From positions 1 to 55,639 of the forward strand of contig CAYOKR010000001.1 of the NCBI GenBank assembly GCA_964404625.1: a stretch of 55,639 nucleotides of DNA. The letters are read 5' to 3'. The notes under the pieces are model-generated. The model was not told the DNA's origin. It did no database searches and saw only the letters and a list, made by a program, of their open reading frames with translations. A program made the position numbers and the translations under genes. The DNA comes from an uncultured Oscillospiraceae bacterium (lineage in GTDB: Bacteria > Bacillota > Clostridia > Christensenellales > CAG-314). Of the stretch, positions 36,601 to 45,439 are shown piece by piece. Numbering within the stretch: position 1 is the first letter of the stretch; every line of letters starts with the position of its first letter.

Positions 36601-37206
36601 GTTAACGCTATTGAAGAATTGAACGAAACGCAAGAACGCTATGACGACTATATGCGTCAAATTGACGACTTAAAAGCTGCCGAAGACGACTTGAAAACGG
36701 CGTTGAAAGATTTGACAGCCGATATTGAAGTACGTTTTGAAGAAGGTATGAGCCAAATCAACGACAACTTCAAAATGGTATTTAGGGAATTGTTTAACGG
36801 TGGTTTTGCTCGTTTGACTGTTGAAAAAGATCCAAATAAAGCGTCGCTCGACTATGGTGTAGAAATCGAAGCACAACCCCCGGGAAAGAAATTACAAAAC
36901 ATTTCGCTGTTGTCCGGAGGCGAACGCACAATGACTTCCGTTGCAATTTTGTTTAGTATTCTAAAGTACAATCCAATGCCTTTCTGTGTACTGGACGAAA
37001 TTGAAGCACCTTTAGACGACGCCAACGCCGAGCGCGTATCGAAGTTTTTGCGTAAGTTCTCATCGTCTACACAGTTTGTAGTTATAACCCACAAAAAACC
37101 GACGATGGAAAACTCCGATGTATTGTATGGTGTAACCATGGAAGAAAAGGGCGTATCTAAGATTGTTTCAGTTAAACTTACCGAAGCAATCAAGCAAGCA
37201 ATGTAG
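33628..37206 (+). CDS. smc: chromosome segregation protein SMC
   Basis: 1192 aa. GTG start overlaps the rnc stop. Walker A GPNGCGKSN, long coiled coils, a hinge, signature LSGGE and Walker B FCVLDEIEAPLD. Confidence 0.97.
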   Translation: MLYLKKVEMYGFKSFADKVELKFDQPITAIVGPNGCGKSNISDAIRWVLGEQSTKNLRGKVMQDLIFNGTDSRKSMSYCEVSLFMDNTTRIFPLPMDEVIISRKLYRNNESEYLLNRNVVRLMDIKELLRGVGLGKEGYSIVGQGRMDAILNAKPEDRRAIFEEAMGISTFRAKKVETERKLEKTRLNTENLMIIIEELKRRLPELKRQSTNARKYLDLYEQLKHHEINAYIYSYDNASQQKSDCRAKLEGLREEYAHKEILYAEVNEQYDEVFHKRNNIDTEIAALRDKQVNLAVEVERNSGEKNLVRERINSLKREVENAEQQIVEANTEIDKLVDANDQLKNTIARRIDERDQLQNEILQTTDKYNAIARRVDGIQQDLNNLRQKLEEVLAQIASLTSSETGFEAEVKTLSERLVEIAEKEQELSQRLQENAGEEGDLLGKYDELRKLKEELEKQAQQLKQQVKELEFNQFNLNTELQRKQQAYSSEKGGIDMLKEFVASYRGYNSCIQNLMQDAKHDSQLNSHICGVVANLIKVESKLRVAIETALGGRLQNIVTKNEEDVKYLINYLKINDYGKATFLPVSSMKPHGIDRADVLKEKGVLGIACELISYDKYYSNVFESLLGGIVIVDTFDNAVALSKKYHYVHRMVTLTGERINNDGSLEGGSSKKQSTSLLSQETQIEERTEKLAQLQRELQTVENQKRQLDKQLDECRQTQNALLARINAVNVDIATCREKIETSNTLSGADKKNILGLSNDKEKIGDRLDDLQRKIAKVNAQIEELKATEEKLREKIARTNETYNAEMVAKDGGQQSLTERKYRLAVLASNIDNLNREMQSNDKQVLSLRETIELKQNYISQVGASIDILYEKLNESTTDSALQGEMSALLDEIKSTDKLKLDIEMQFQTLTDQRMQLSNELQALCGSIEHQSYVLNKIDDDLMQLQDRVFQEYGVTYSAAMQYKAEEYDFEGGKNIISELRQSLQRLGSVNVNAIEELNETQERYDDYMRQIDDLKAAEDDLKTALKDLTADIEVRFEEGMSQINDNFKMVFRELFNGGFARLTVEKDPNKASLDYGVEIEAQPPGKKLQNISLLSGGERTMTSVAILFSILKYNPMPFCVLDEIEAPLDDANAERVSKFLRKFSSSTQFVVITHKKPTMENSDVLYGVTMEEKGVSKIVSVKLTEAIKQAM

Positions 37207-37470
37207 TGTAGTGCGAACGTAGTTGATTTTAACTGTTGCTTGATTTGCAAACTGTTTAGTTTTTATTGAATAGGCAAAAGGTGTGCGTAATCAATTCTTT
37301 TTGAGCTATAAATATGCTACGTTTACTTGATTCAAAAAATCCAACGGGACAAAGTCGGTGCAATGGGATTATCAATAATATGTTTTGATTTGAAAACCGA
37401 ACTGTGGTGCGTAATTTGAATTGACTAAGCAATTTATTCATTGACAAATTTTAGTATCTAAATATTTTGA

Positions 37471-37501
37471 AAGCGAGATGATTTTTATCACCTCGCTTTT
37501 T
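37471..37501 (+). terminator. rho-independent terminator (about 265 nt after the smc stop)
   Basis: aagcgagatga / tcacctcgctt stem with one mismatch, followed by TTTTT. Confidence 0.6.
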
Positions 37502-37864
37502 ATATAGTACAATACAACGATTGCTAATGTTGGGTAGATTATCTTTATATGATGATTACTAAAAAATGTAACGTTTTGTAGCAGACATTGTTATGCGTAT
37601 ACCAGTGAATATTTTCAAATAATAACGTTTTGATACGTTCTTGATTGAGTATTCCTTGGTATTGATATGTAATGTAATAATTATTAATATTACAAAGTTT
37701 TACAATGTTCTGTATTGGTGTTATTAGTGATTGACGTGTAATGATTTGCAAATCTCTGTTTTTACGATTATGTCTCAAAAGGTATTAAAATATCGCAATA
37801 ATACCAACAATCGTCTGTTTTTATAATACTATTACAAGCATCGCAACTATTTATGTGACAAAAC

Positions 37865-37893
37865 GTATACAAAATTGTCTATTTCACACACTA
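37865..37893 (+). promoter_or_regulatory. forespore sigma-F/G-type promoter candidate
   Basis: GTATA 37865-37869, 17 nt, CACACTA 37887-37893, compared with the sigma-G consensus GhATr-18-CATxhTA. Lies 20 nt upstream of the spoIVB ATG. Confidence 0.4.
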
Positions 37894-37913
37894 AAAACAA
37901 TTTTGAGGTGTTT

Positions 37914-38999
37914 ATGAAAAGACTTACAATTTTTACGTTATTGCTAATATTTCTGCTTTGTGCATCAGTTGCGCCGTTATCGGTAAAAGCTGTTTACGTA
38001 TATGCAGACGGCACAAACTTTACCGACTTTCGTGAGGGTATAAGCGATTTATTCATTCCGGAAAATGCAAGCAAAATCAAAGAACAAGTTTATCTTGGCG
38101 GATATCCACTTGGTCTTACAATCGATGGTGACGGCGTTACTGTTGTGGGGTTAAACGAGTTTGTCGGTATAAACGGCAAACTGTGTTGTCCTGCGCAGGA
38201 TATTGGTATTTCTGTCGGTGATGTGGTTGTAGAGCTTGCGGAATGTAAAATTTTTTCGTCACAAAAGCTTATTGAAGTTGTCAATAGTGTTAAGGGCAAA
38301 ACTGTTGCAATCAAGTTTATACACAACGGTACCTTTTTTGAAAAGAAAATTATACCTGCGAAGGACTTGTCTACGGGATCGTATCGTTTAGGGCTGTGGA
38401 CACGTGATGCATCAAGTGGCGTTGGTACGCTTACTTACGTCCGCAAGAATTTATCTTTTGCAAGTTTGGGACACCCTATTTGCGATGCCGAAGGTAACAT
38501 TGTAAAATGTAACAATGGCGGTGTTTTCCGTTGCGATATTCAAGGGGTAAAGCGTGGGCAAGTTGGTACTGCGGGTGAACTTAAAGGCACTTTGCATTTT
38601 GATGAGCGTCTTGGTAATCTTCTCAAAAACAATAAGTATGGTGTATACGGTTCCTTTAACACTCTGCCTGATTTCTGTACCGAAGTTGTCGATGTTGCCG
38701 ATATTTGCGAAATTCAACCGGGGTATGCGCAAATTTATTGCACCTTCGAAGACGGTATTCGTCGTGCGTATGATATCAAAATCGTAAAAGCAACCTACCA
38801 AACGTCAGGTAACGACAAAGGTATGGTAATACAAGTTACGGACGAAAATCTGCTTGCCAAAACAGGGGGAATAGTGCAAGGTATGTCAGGTAGTCCAATT
38901 GTTCAAAAAGGCAAATTGGTAGGTGCTGTTACTCACGTATTTGTAAACGATCCTACGCGCGGGTATGGTATCTATGCAAAATGGATGTTGGATAACTGA
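37914..38999 (+). CDS. spoIVB: SpoIVB peptidase (S55, sporulation signalling protease)
   Basis: ATG 37914 after GAGGTG. Signal anchor, PDZ region (GISVGDVVVEL), catalytic GMSGSPI and GAVTHVF motifs. Confidence 0.9.
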   Translation: MKRLTIFTLLLIFLLCASVAPLSVKAVYVYADGTNFTDFREGISDLFIPENASKIKEQVYLGGYPLGLTIDGDGVTVVGLNEFVGINGKLCCPAQDIGISVGDVVVELAECKIFSSQKLIEVVNSVKGKTVAIKFIHNGTFFEKKIIPAKDLSTGSYRLGLWTRDASSGVGTLTYVRKNLSFASLGHPICDAEGNIVKCNNGGVFRCDIQGVKRGQVGTAGELKGTLHFDERLGNLLKNNKYGVYGSFNTLPDFCTEVVDVADICEIQPGYAQIYCTFEDGIRRAYDIKIVKATYQTSGNDKGMVIQVTDENLLAKTGGIVQGMSGSPIVQKGKLVGAVTHVFVNDPTRGYGIYAKWMLDN

Positions 39000-39283
39000 T
39001 TTTTGTAGATTTCACATCAAAAGCGATTTGTTGGTTTTAAAGGTTATTTGAAAATTTTTGTTGTATCGACAGGAGTTCTTTTGGTTGTTTACAAGTTACT
39101 TTTTATGGTTTACAAAAGTGAATATTATGTTGGTATAGATAATTTTTAAAAACTGCATTGTCTAATAGCTTTAATCATTGTAAAGAATTTAGTTATCGTG
39201 AGATTGGGCATTTTTAACTGTGGTTATGTTCAGCTTTATTACGCTTGTTACTTTTCTAAATATAGTATTCTAAATTTTAATGT

Positions 39284-39309
39284 AGGCTCATATCAATTGA
39301 TATGGGCTT
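39284..39309. other. palindrome/hairpin covering the start codon of the next ORF
   Basis: Perfect 16-bp palindrome CATATCAATTGATATG (39289-39304), extendable with G-U pairs to 39284-39309 and followed by ATTTTCTT. ATG 39302 lies in the 3' arm. Confidence 0.6.
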
Positions 39310-39880
39310 ATTTTCTTCGATAAAACAACATTGGGATGATTTTTGTCTGTGGCTAAAATTAAATAAACTAAAGTTTTTTGTAGACGTATTTGTCGCATCT
39401 GTAGGATTTATCTTGGGAATAGTACTTTTTGTCAACAACAACGAAAGTTGGTGGTACTATAATCGTTGCGACTACGTCCATCTTTTGATGTGGAAAGGAT
39501 TTTTGTCGGTGTTGTTTAGACTGGTGGTCCAAACTGCATCGATACTTGTCGTTGTCGTGTTATCGCAAATGCACAAGTATATGCGTCCTATTTGTTACGT
39601 GGCGTTATTCGTTGGATGTATCTACAGCGGCGCAAATTTAGCATGTTTGTTTGCTGTAATCAGGTTTATTGCCCTTTTGTATCTTCCGTTGTACACATTA
39701 CCGACCGTTGTAACGCTTTTGTTGGCGTGTCTAAATTTTAGTTGCTCAACCGACTATGTAAAGTGCGTCGGCGAAATCGTTGGTGATTGTAAAAAACAAC
39801 TTTTTGCGATATGTTTTGTATCTTTGGCTCGTATTTTGTTACTTTTTTTGATATTACGCCCGTTAAGTTGTTCAATTTGA
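39302..39880 (+). CDS. 5-TM membrane protein, possibly SpoIIM-like
   Basis: 192 aa with five hydrophobic helices. It sits upstream of deoB and a DacF-like gene, mirroring the B. subtilis spoIIM..drm..dacF neighbourhood. No SD. Family assignment is weak. Confidence 0.5.
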   Translation: MGLFSSIKQHWDDFCLWLKLNKLKFFVDVFVASVGFILGIVLFVNNNESWWYYNRCDYVHLLMWKGFLSVLFRLVVQTASILVVVVLSQMHKYMRPICYVALFVGCIYSGANLACLFAVIRFIALLYLPLYTLPTVVTLLLACLNFSCSTDYVKCVGEIVGDCKKQLFAICFVSLARILLLFLILRPLSCSI

Positions 39881-39909
39881 TTGTTAAAAACTTAATAATT
39901 TGATATAAT
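39881..39909 (+). promoter_or_regulatory. sigma-A type promoter (deoB)
   Basis: TTGTTA 39881-39886, 17-nt spacer, TGaTATAAT (TATAAT 39904-39909). Confidence 0.55.
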
Positions 39910-39963
39910 ATATACATCAAATGTAGTATGTAGAATTTTTCTTACATGCAATACGAGGTATGA

Positions 39964-41115
39964 ATGAGAGCATTTATTTTGGTAATTGACGGTTTTGGCA
40001 TCGGTGCTATGCCTGATTGCAAAAAATACGGAGATTTTGGTGCAAATACGCTAAAAAACATTCGTTCTACTTACGAAATTAACGTGCCGAATATGGCAGA
40101 TATGGGATTGTATAACATTGACGGCACTTACAATGACGACCGCTCACCCATTGGTGCTTATGCGCGTCTGTCTGAACTTTCCAAGGGCAAAGATACAACG
40201 GTAGGACATTGGGAAATGGCCGGAGTAATTACCAAAAAGCCGTTACCTACTTTTCCGGACGGTTTCCCGAAAGAATTTGTGGACAAGCTGGAAGGGGAAC
40301 TTGGCACAAAAATTTTGTGCAACAAACCATATAGCGGCACGGAAGTTATCAAGGACTACGGTAATGAACATCTAAAAACCGGTTACCCAATAGTGTACAC
40401 TTCGGCAGATTCTGTTTTGCAAATTGCCGTTCACATGGACAAGTATACAATCGAACAACTTTATGATATGTGCGAAAAAGCGCGTAAACTTTGCTCGGGC
40501 GATTTCGGTGTAGGTCGTGTTATTGCTCGTCCTTTTACAGGCGAATATCCGTTTGTTCGTACGGCAGAGCGCAAGGACTACTCGTTGGATCCCACAGGCG
40601 TTACTTTGTTAGATATTGTTAAAGATGCAGGTCTGCAAAGTGTTGCTGTTGGCAAAATCGAGTATATCTTTAACGGCAAAGGTATAACGCGCAGTATTCA
40701 CACTGTAAGCAACCTTGACGGTTTGGAAAAAACTTTGCAAATCGCAAAGGAAAAGTTCGATGGTTTGGTATTTGTTAACCTTGTAGATACCGATATGAAG
40801 TACGGCCATCGTCGTGATGTGTTTGGCTATGCTCAAGCCCTTGCAGAAATCGACGCAAAAGTTGGTGAACTTGTAAAACTACTTAAACACGACGATGTTT
40901 TGTATGTCACCGGCGACCATGGTTGTGATCCGACGCACACAGCGCACACCGACCACACTCGCGAATATACTCCGTTGCTTGTGTATGGTGCGGACGTTAT
41001 TCCTACCAATTTGGGTACTTTGGAAGGTTTTGACGTTATTGCCGATACAGTCAAAGCGCAACTCGGTATTGATTCAAGTGCACCCAAGTCCGTTTGGGAA
41101 AAAATCACAAGATAA
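39964..41115 (+). CDS. deoB: phosphopentomutase
   Basis: MRAFILVIDGFGIG, KDTTVGHWEMAG, DTDMKYGHRRD and TGDHGCDPT motifs. Confidence 0.95.
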   Translation: MRAFILVIDGFGIGAMPDCKKYGDFGANTLKNIRSTYEINVPNMADMGLYNIDGTYNDDRSPIGAYARLSELSKGKDTTVGHWEMAGVITKKPLPTFPDGFPKEFVDKLEGELGTKILCNKPYSGTEVIKDYGNEHLKTGYPIVYTSADSVLQIAVHMDKYTIEQLYDMCEKARKLCSGDFGVGRVIARPFTGEYPFVRTAERKDYSLDPTGVTLLDIVKDAGLQSVAVGKIEYIFNGKGITRSIHTVSNLDGLEKTLQIAKEKFDGLVFVNLVDTDMKYGHRRDVFGYAQALAEIDAKVGELVKLLKHDDVLYVTGDHGCDPTHTAHTDHTREYTPLLVYGADVIPTNLGTLEGFDVIADTVKAQLGIDSSAPKSVWEKITR

Positions 41116-41135
41116 TTAAAGTATATAATTAGCGT

Positions 41136-41171
41136 AACATCCCGATTGAATATCTTTCGGGATGTTTTTTT
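41136..41171 (+). terminator. rho-independent terminator
   Basis: aacatcccga / tcgggatgtt 10-bp stem followed by T7. Confidence 0.85.
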
Positions 41172-41477
41172 GCTCTTTTGCCCCGAAAGTTGTATTGCCG
41201 TTTGTCAATGGTGGCGTCTGCTCGTTTTTCTACTATAAAATAGGGTGGGTGTCTATGATGTTGCCTGATACACTTTCTCAGTTTTAGCTCAGTATTTTTT
41301 GCCCTGTTTATATAATTAACAAACTTGACGTCGCTATTAAGTATTTTTCGGGATCTTTTTATTTGCAACCTGATTTTTATTATAAAATGTGTTTTGACGT
41401 CAAGCGGTTGATGTGATTTTTATATTTATAATCTACTTTTTATTGCTAAAATCAAATTGAATTATAAAAATCTTTTT

Positions 41478-41507
41478 GCATACTAAACCTTCAACTTGCA
41501 AATACTA
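41478..41507 (+). promoter_or_regulatory. forespore sigma-F/G-type promoter candidate
   Basis: GCATA 41478-41482, 18 nt, AATACTA 41501-41507 (6/7 match to CATxhTA). Lies 26 nt upstream of the ATG. Confidence 0.4.
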
Positions 41508-41533
41508 ACAAAAAAAGTACAAGGAGATTTGTT

Positions 41534-42667
41534 ATGAAAAAACAAATTTTATTTTTTGTTTGCATTTTGACATTGATTGCGGTGATATTTCCCATTTGTG
41601 CGTGTGCCGAAGAAATAACCATTAGTGCACGTGCCGGTATATTAGTTAGCGAAGACGGTGAAATTTTGTACGAACATAACTCGTTGGAAAAACGTCCTAT
41701 TGCCAGTATGACAAAGGTTATGACTCTTTTGTGTATCTATGACGCAATAGATCAAGGTAAGATATCGTTAGATGATACCGTTGTGGTTAGTAGTCGAGCA
41801 GCTGGTATGGGCGGTTCGCAGGTCTTTTTAGAAGAAAATGGCTCCTACAAGGTGGAGAATCTTGTCAAATCTATTATCGTATGCTCTGCAAATGACAGTT
41901 GCGTTGCCATGGCGGAACACGTTAGTGGCAGTGTAGAAAATTTTGTTGCTGAAATGAATAATAAATGTCGTGAATACGGACTTGTTGCAACTTGCTTTGA
42001 AAACTGTACAGGATTGCCGGCTGTTAGTCATTTTTCCTGCGCAAAAGACGTTGCGACGATGTTTTTGCGACTTATTCAACATCCACATTATTTTAGTTGT
42101 GCCAATGTTTGGATGGAAGATTTTGTTCATCCTTCCGGTAGAATTACCGGTATGACTAACACAAATCGTCTTGTGAAATTTTATCAAGGATGTGATGGCG
42201 GTAAAACCGGGTATACTTCCGAAGCGCAACATTGCTTAACGGCGACGGCTAAGCGCGGTGATACGCGTGTTGTTGCCGTTGTTATTGGCGCGAACGATAG
42301 CAAAACTCGTTTTAAGGAAGTCAGTGATATGTTCAATTACGCTTTTGCAAACTATCAAAGTCACGTTTACATGACGTCAGCGGATGTAAAACAACTTGCT
42401 GTGGAAGGCGGTAAACAACAAATGGTTGACGTTGCACCTGTCGAAAAACTGGTTGCTTTTGGTAAGAAGGGAAAAAACGACTTTACGCTTAGTTGTGATT
42501 TGCCACAAAGTGTAAAAGCTCCGATACAAAAGGGGCAAGTTGTTGGGCAAGCAAATCTTCTTGATAAAGGTGGTAACGTCGTAAAATCCGTTGATCTTGT
42601 TGCCATGTGCGATGTTCAAAACAAAACCTATTGGGACTATATTAAAGATATCGTAACGGAAAAATAA
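41534..42667 (+). CDS. D-alanyl-D-alanine carboxypeptidase (S11), DacF-like
   Basis: Signal peptide, SMTKVMT (SxxK), SANDS (SxN), KTGYT (KTG) and a C-terminal PBP5_C-like domain. The DacF assignment rests on synteny after deoB only. Confidence 0.9.
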   Translation: MKKQILFFVCILTLIAVIFPICACAEEITISARAGILVSEDGEILYEHNSLEKRPIASMTKVMTLLCIYDAIDQGKISLDDTVVVSSRAAGMGGSQVFLEENGSYKVENLVKSIIVCSANDSCVAMAEHVSGSVENFVAEMNNKCREYGLVATCFENCTGLPAVSHFSCAKDVATMFLRLIQHPHYFSCANVWMEDFVHPSGRITGMTNTNRLVKFYQGCDGGKTGYTSEAQHCLTATAKRGDTRVVAVVIGANDSKTRFKEVSDMFNYAFANYQSHVYMTSADVKQLAVEGGKQQMVDVAPVEKLVAFGKKGKNDFTLSCDLPQSVKAPIQKGQVVGQANLLDKGGNVVKSVDLVAMCDVQNKTYWDYIKDIVTEK

Positions 42668-42722
42668 CAATGCAACGTTATGTTGCAATTTTATGCAATA
42701 TTAAATGCAAATAGAAAATTAT

Positions 42723-42755
42723 AAGGATTGTAAGAGCATTTTTCTTACAATCCTT
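42723..42755 (+). terminator. rho-independent terminator
   Basis: aaggattgtaaga / tcttacaatcctt 13-bp stem with 7-nt loop. Confidence 0.75.
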
Positions 42756-43081
42756 TGCATTTTACAACTAAACCGATAATAATAGTGCAAATTGTTTGTA
42801 AACGTAGTTGTGATATAGTTTTTCAAAAGGTTAGCAAAAACAGATTGTGATATTGCTCGAAAATATCGAAAATAGTGTTTGTTTTTGATTTGGAATTTGC
42901 ATTATTGTTGCAAACTCCATCGCGTCATTTCGATTTGATGTTACTATTGTTGATAATAAAAACAACCGCATGATTTATCGCATAAAATTGGCGTTGTAAT
43001 TTCGGGTAAATAATCACTGCGGTGAGTTATGCTGCTTTGCTATCATTTTGCCGCATATTCTCAACAAAGAGACTTTTTTTA

Positions 43082-43110
43082 TTGACTTTAGAGTGTTAAT
43101 TTGGTACAAT
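43082..43110 (+). promoter_or_regulatory. sigma-A promoter with extended -10, 6 nt upstream of the ATG
   Basis: TTGACT 43082-43087, 17-nt spacer, TGgTACAAT (TACAAT 43105-43110). ATG at 43117 with no SD. Confidence 0.6.
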
Positions 43111-43116
43111 ATTATC

Positions 43117-43827
43117 ATGTCGATTATTAGAATTTTAACAAATGAATATTCGGGTATTACGCGTGAAAGTTTGTTGGAAACTGTTGCGTTTATCGTTGCT
43201 CTTTTGATTGCTTTGGTTTTGCACGAAGTTGCGCACGGACTTGTTGCTTACTGGAATGGCGATATTACTGCCAAGTACTACGGACGATTGTCGCTAAACC
43301 CTGCAAGACATTTTGATATTGTTGGTCTTTTAATGATGTTACTTGTTGGATTTGGTTGGGCAAAACCGGTACCAGTAAATCCAAACAACTTCAAAAATCG
43401 TAAAACGGGTGCGATAACGGTATCGCTTGCCGGTGTTGTGACAAATTTAGTCTTGGCGTTTTTGTTCAGTTCGTTGATGGTATTTCCGTTGTTGATTGCT
43501 TATGAAGTGGCATCAACCACCTACTACGTTGTGTATTTTCTGTTTTATCTTGGCATATATACAACTGCGTTAAATATCAACTTTGCACTGTTCAATTTAT
43601 TACCGTTGTATCCGCTCGATGGTTACAGATTGCTCTCGTGCTTCGTAGACGAACGCAATAACACAATGACATTTTTGCGTCGCAACAGCTTTTACATTAT
43701 GTTGGCGCTAATTCTTATTGATAACATACCGATTTTGCAAAACTTTTCACCGATAAATTGGTATATTACTACGCTTGGTAGTAAAATTATGGTGCTTTTC
43801 CAAAACTTTTGGGGGCTATTTGTATAA
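43117..43827 (+). CDS. site-2 protease family (M50) membrane metalloprotease
   Basis: HEVAHG (HExxH) in a TM helix and the NLLPLYPLDG motif. ORF trimmed from the TTG at 43048 to ATG 43117. Confidence 0.85.
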   Translation: MSIIRILTNEYSGITRESLLETVAFIVALLIALVLHEVAHGLVAYWNGDITAKYYGRLSLNPARHFDIVGLLMMLLVGFGWAKPVPVNPNNFKNRKTGAITVSLAGVVTNLVLAFLFSSLMVFPLLIAYEVASTTYYVVYFLFYLGIYTTALNINFALFNLLPLYPLDGYRLLSCFVDERNNTMTFLRRNSFYIMLALILIDNIPILQNFSPINWYITTLGSKIMVLFQNFWGLFV

Positions 43828-44645
43828 TGGACGAACAACAACAATACGAACAACAGTATATTTTTGACGAACAAAAGGATGTTCTCAAATTAGATATTAC
43901 CAACTTTTCAGGGCCGTTAGACCTTTTGCTTGCCCTTGTAAAGGAAAACAAGATTGAGATTAAGGATATTTTTGTGTCGCAAGTGACGGAACAATTTTTG
44001 CAGTTTATGACGCAAGTTTCAAAGTTGGACGTTGACCAAGCGAGCGAATATATGGCGATGTCGGCAACGCTATTGGAAATTAAGTCGCGTGCATTGTTGC
44101 CCGTTTTGCCAGGTTTGGAAGAAGATGAAGAAAGCCCCGAACAACTACTCATTCGTCAGTTAGAAGAGTACAAACTTTTTAAAGAAGTGGTTACCGAACT
44201 TAAAACGCAAGAAAACGTCAACCGTTTTTATCGTGAACCGGATAGTTCTGTTGGTAAAGAAGTCTCGGTATTAAAAGACAGTTTGTCGTTGGAAGGTTTT
44301 ATGACGGCATTTGGCAAATTTTTGGCAAAAATGCAAGTCAAAGCGCAGGCGGAAAACGTCTCGCGTGCAATCACCAAAGAGAACTTTTCTGTCGCATCCA
44401 AAATTGCGCTTATTCGTGAAGTTTTGCGCAGCGAGGAACAATTTAAGTTTGTCGATCTCTTTCCTGAAGATGCAAGTAAAAACGAAATTATCACCACATT
44501 TATGGCTGTTTTGGAATTGTTAAAATTGCAAGTCATAAGCGTGGAGCAACACGGTCTTTTTGAAGAAGTTATCATTCACAAAAAAGGCGATATCGAAAAT
44601 ATTGATTTTAGAGTAGGAGACGAATACGATGAGCCAGTTGAGTAA
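43827..44645 (+). CDS. scpA: segregation and condensation protein A
   Basis: FSGPLDLLLALVKENKIEIKDI motif. ATG overlaps the preceding stop (TAATG). Followed by scpB. Confidence 0.9.
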   Translation: MDEQQQYEQQYIFDEQKDVLKLDITNFSGPLDLLLALVKENKIEIKDIFVSQVTEQFLQFMTQVSKLDVDQASEYMAMSATLLEIKSRALLPVLPGLEEDEESPEQLLIRQLEEYKLFKEVVTELKTQENVNRFYREPDSSVGKEVSVLKDSLSLEGFMTAFGKFLAKMQVKAQAENVSRAITKENFSVASKIALIREVLRSEEQFKFVDLFPEDASKNEIITTFMAVLELLKLQVISVEQHGLFEEVIIHKKGDIENIDFRVGDEYDEPVE

Positions 44646-45258
44646 AATTATCGAAGCAATTTTGTTTGTTTCAGGCAAACCCGTAGAAGAATCTTTTATT
44701 AGAGAAAAATTGGAAATCACTGGCAAACAGTACAGTGAGGCGCTTGACGAGTTAACCAAGCAATACAGTGGCGATAGCGGTATACATATTTTGCGTTTTA
44801 ACAAAAAAATACAGTTTGCATCCAATCCTGACTATTCAAAGCAAGTGGAAGCTGTTTTGAATCCTATCAAGGAAAAGGAGCTTACCAACGCCATGTTGGA
44901 AACACTTGCAATAATTGCATACAAGCAACCTATCACGCGGATTGAAGTTGAAGAAATACGTGCAGTAGATTGTACTTATGCAGTGCAAAACTTGATGCGT
45001 TTGGGAATGATTGAGGTCGTTGGTAGAAAGGAAACTATCGGTAAACCGTTGCTTTTTGGAACAACTGACGAGTTTTTGAAACGCTTTTCTATCAGCGAAG
45101 TTGCCGATCTTCCTGATTACGAAACGTTACTTGCTAAATTACAGGAGATTTCCAACGGTCTTGCTACCGGAGTTACCTCTGTCGAGAAACCTATGTTCGA
45201 TCAAGTTAACGAAGTTCCTGACTTCCTTGTCGGCGAAAAAGTGGAAATCATTGAGTAA
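44629..45258 (+). CDS. scpB: segregation and condensation protein B
   Basis: IIEAILFVSGKPV, LETLAIIAYKQPITRIEVEEIR and GRPLLFGTT-like (GKPLLFGTTDEFL) motifs. Confidence 0.92.
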   Translation: MSQLSKIIEAILFVSGKPVEESFIREKLEITGKQYSEALDELTKQYSGDSGIHILRFNKKIQFASNPDYSKQVEAVLNPIKEKELTNAMLETLAIIAYKQPITRIEVEEIRAVDCTYAVQNLMRLGMIEVVGRKETIGKPLLFGTTDEFLKRFSISEVADLPDYETLLAKLQEISNGLATGVTSVEKPMFDQVNEVPDFLVGEKVEIIE

Positions 45259-45439
45259 TGCGATTGTGTTTACGATTTGATTATTTTGCAACGTTTCGTT
45301 ATCGAGTAACGACAGTTAACTGTATTTTTGTGAAAACGGTTGCTGATTTTGCTGAAAAAACTATGATTGTTTAGTTTTTTTATAGTGATAAATTAGCAGT
45401 TTTTGGAATTCTTTTCGTAGGAATACTCTTTGGAATTTT

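Noticed and set aside
37284-37421. Shared GTGCGTAAT 9-mer at about 37288 and about 37409 in the smc downstream region. Considered as a repeat element.
   Set aside because: Only 9 nt are shared and the flanks do not align, so this is compatible with chance.
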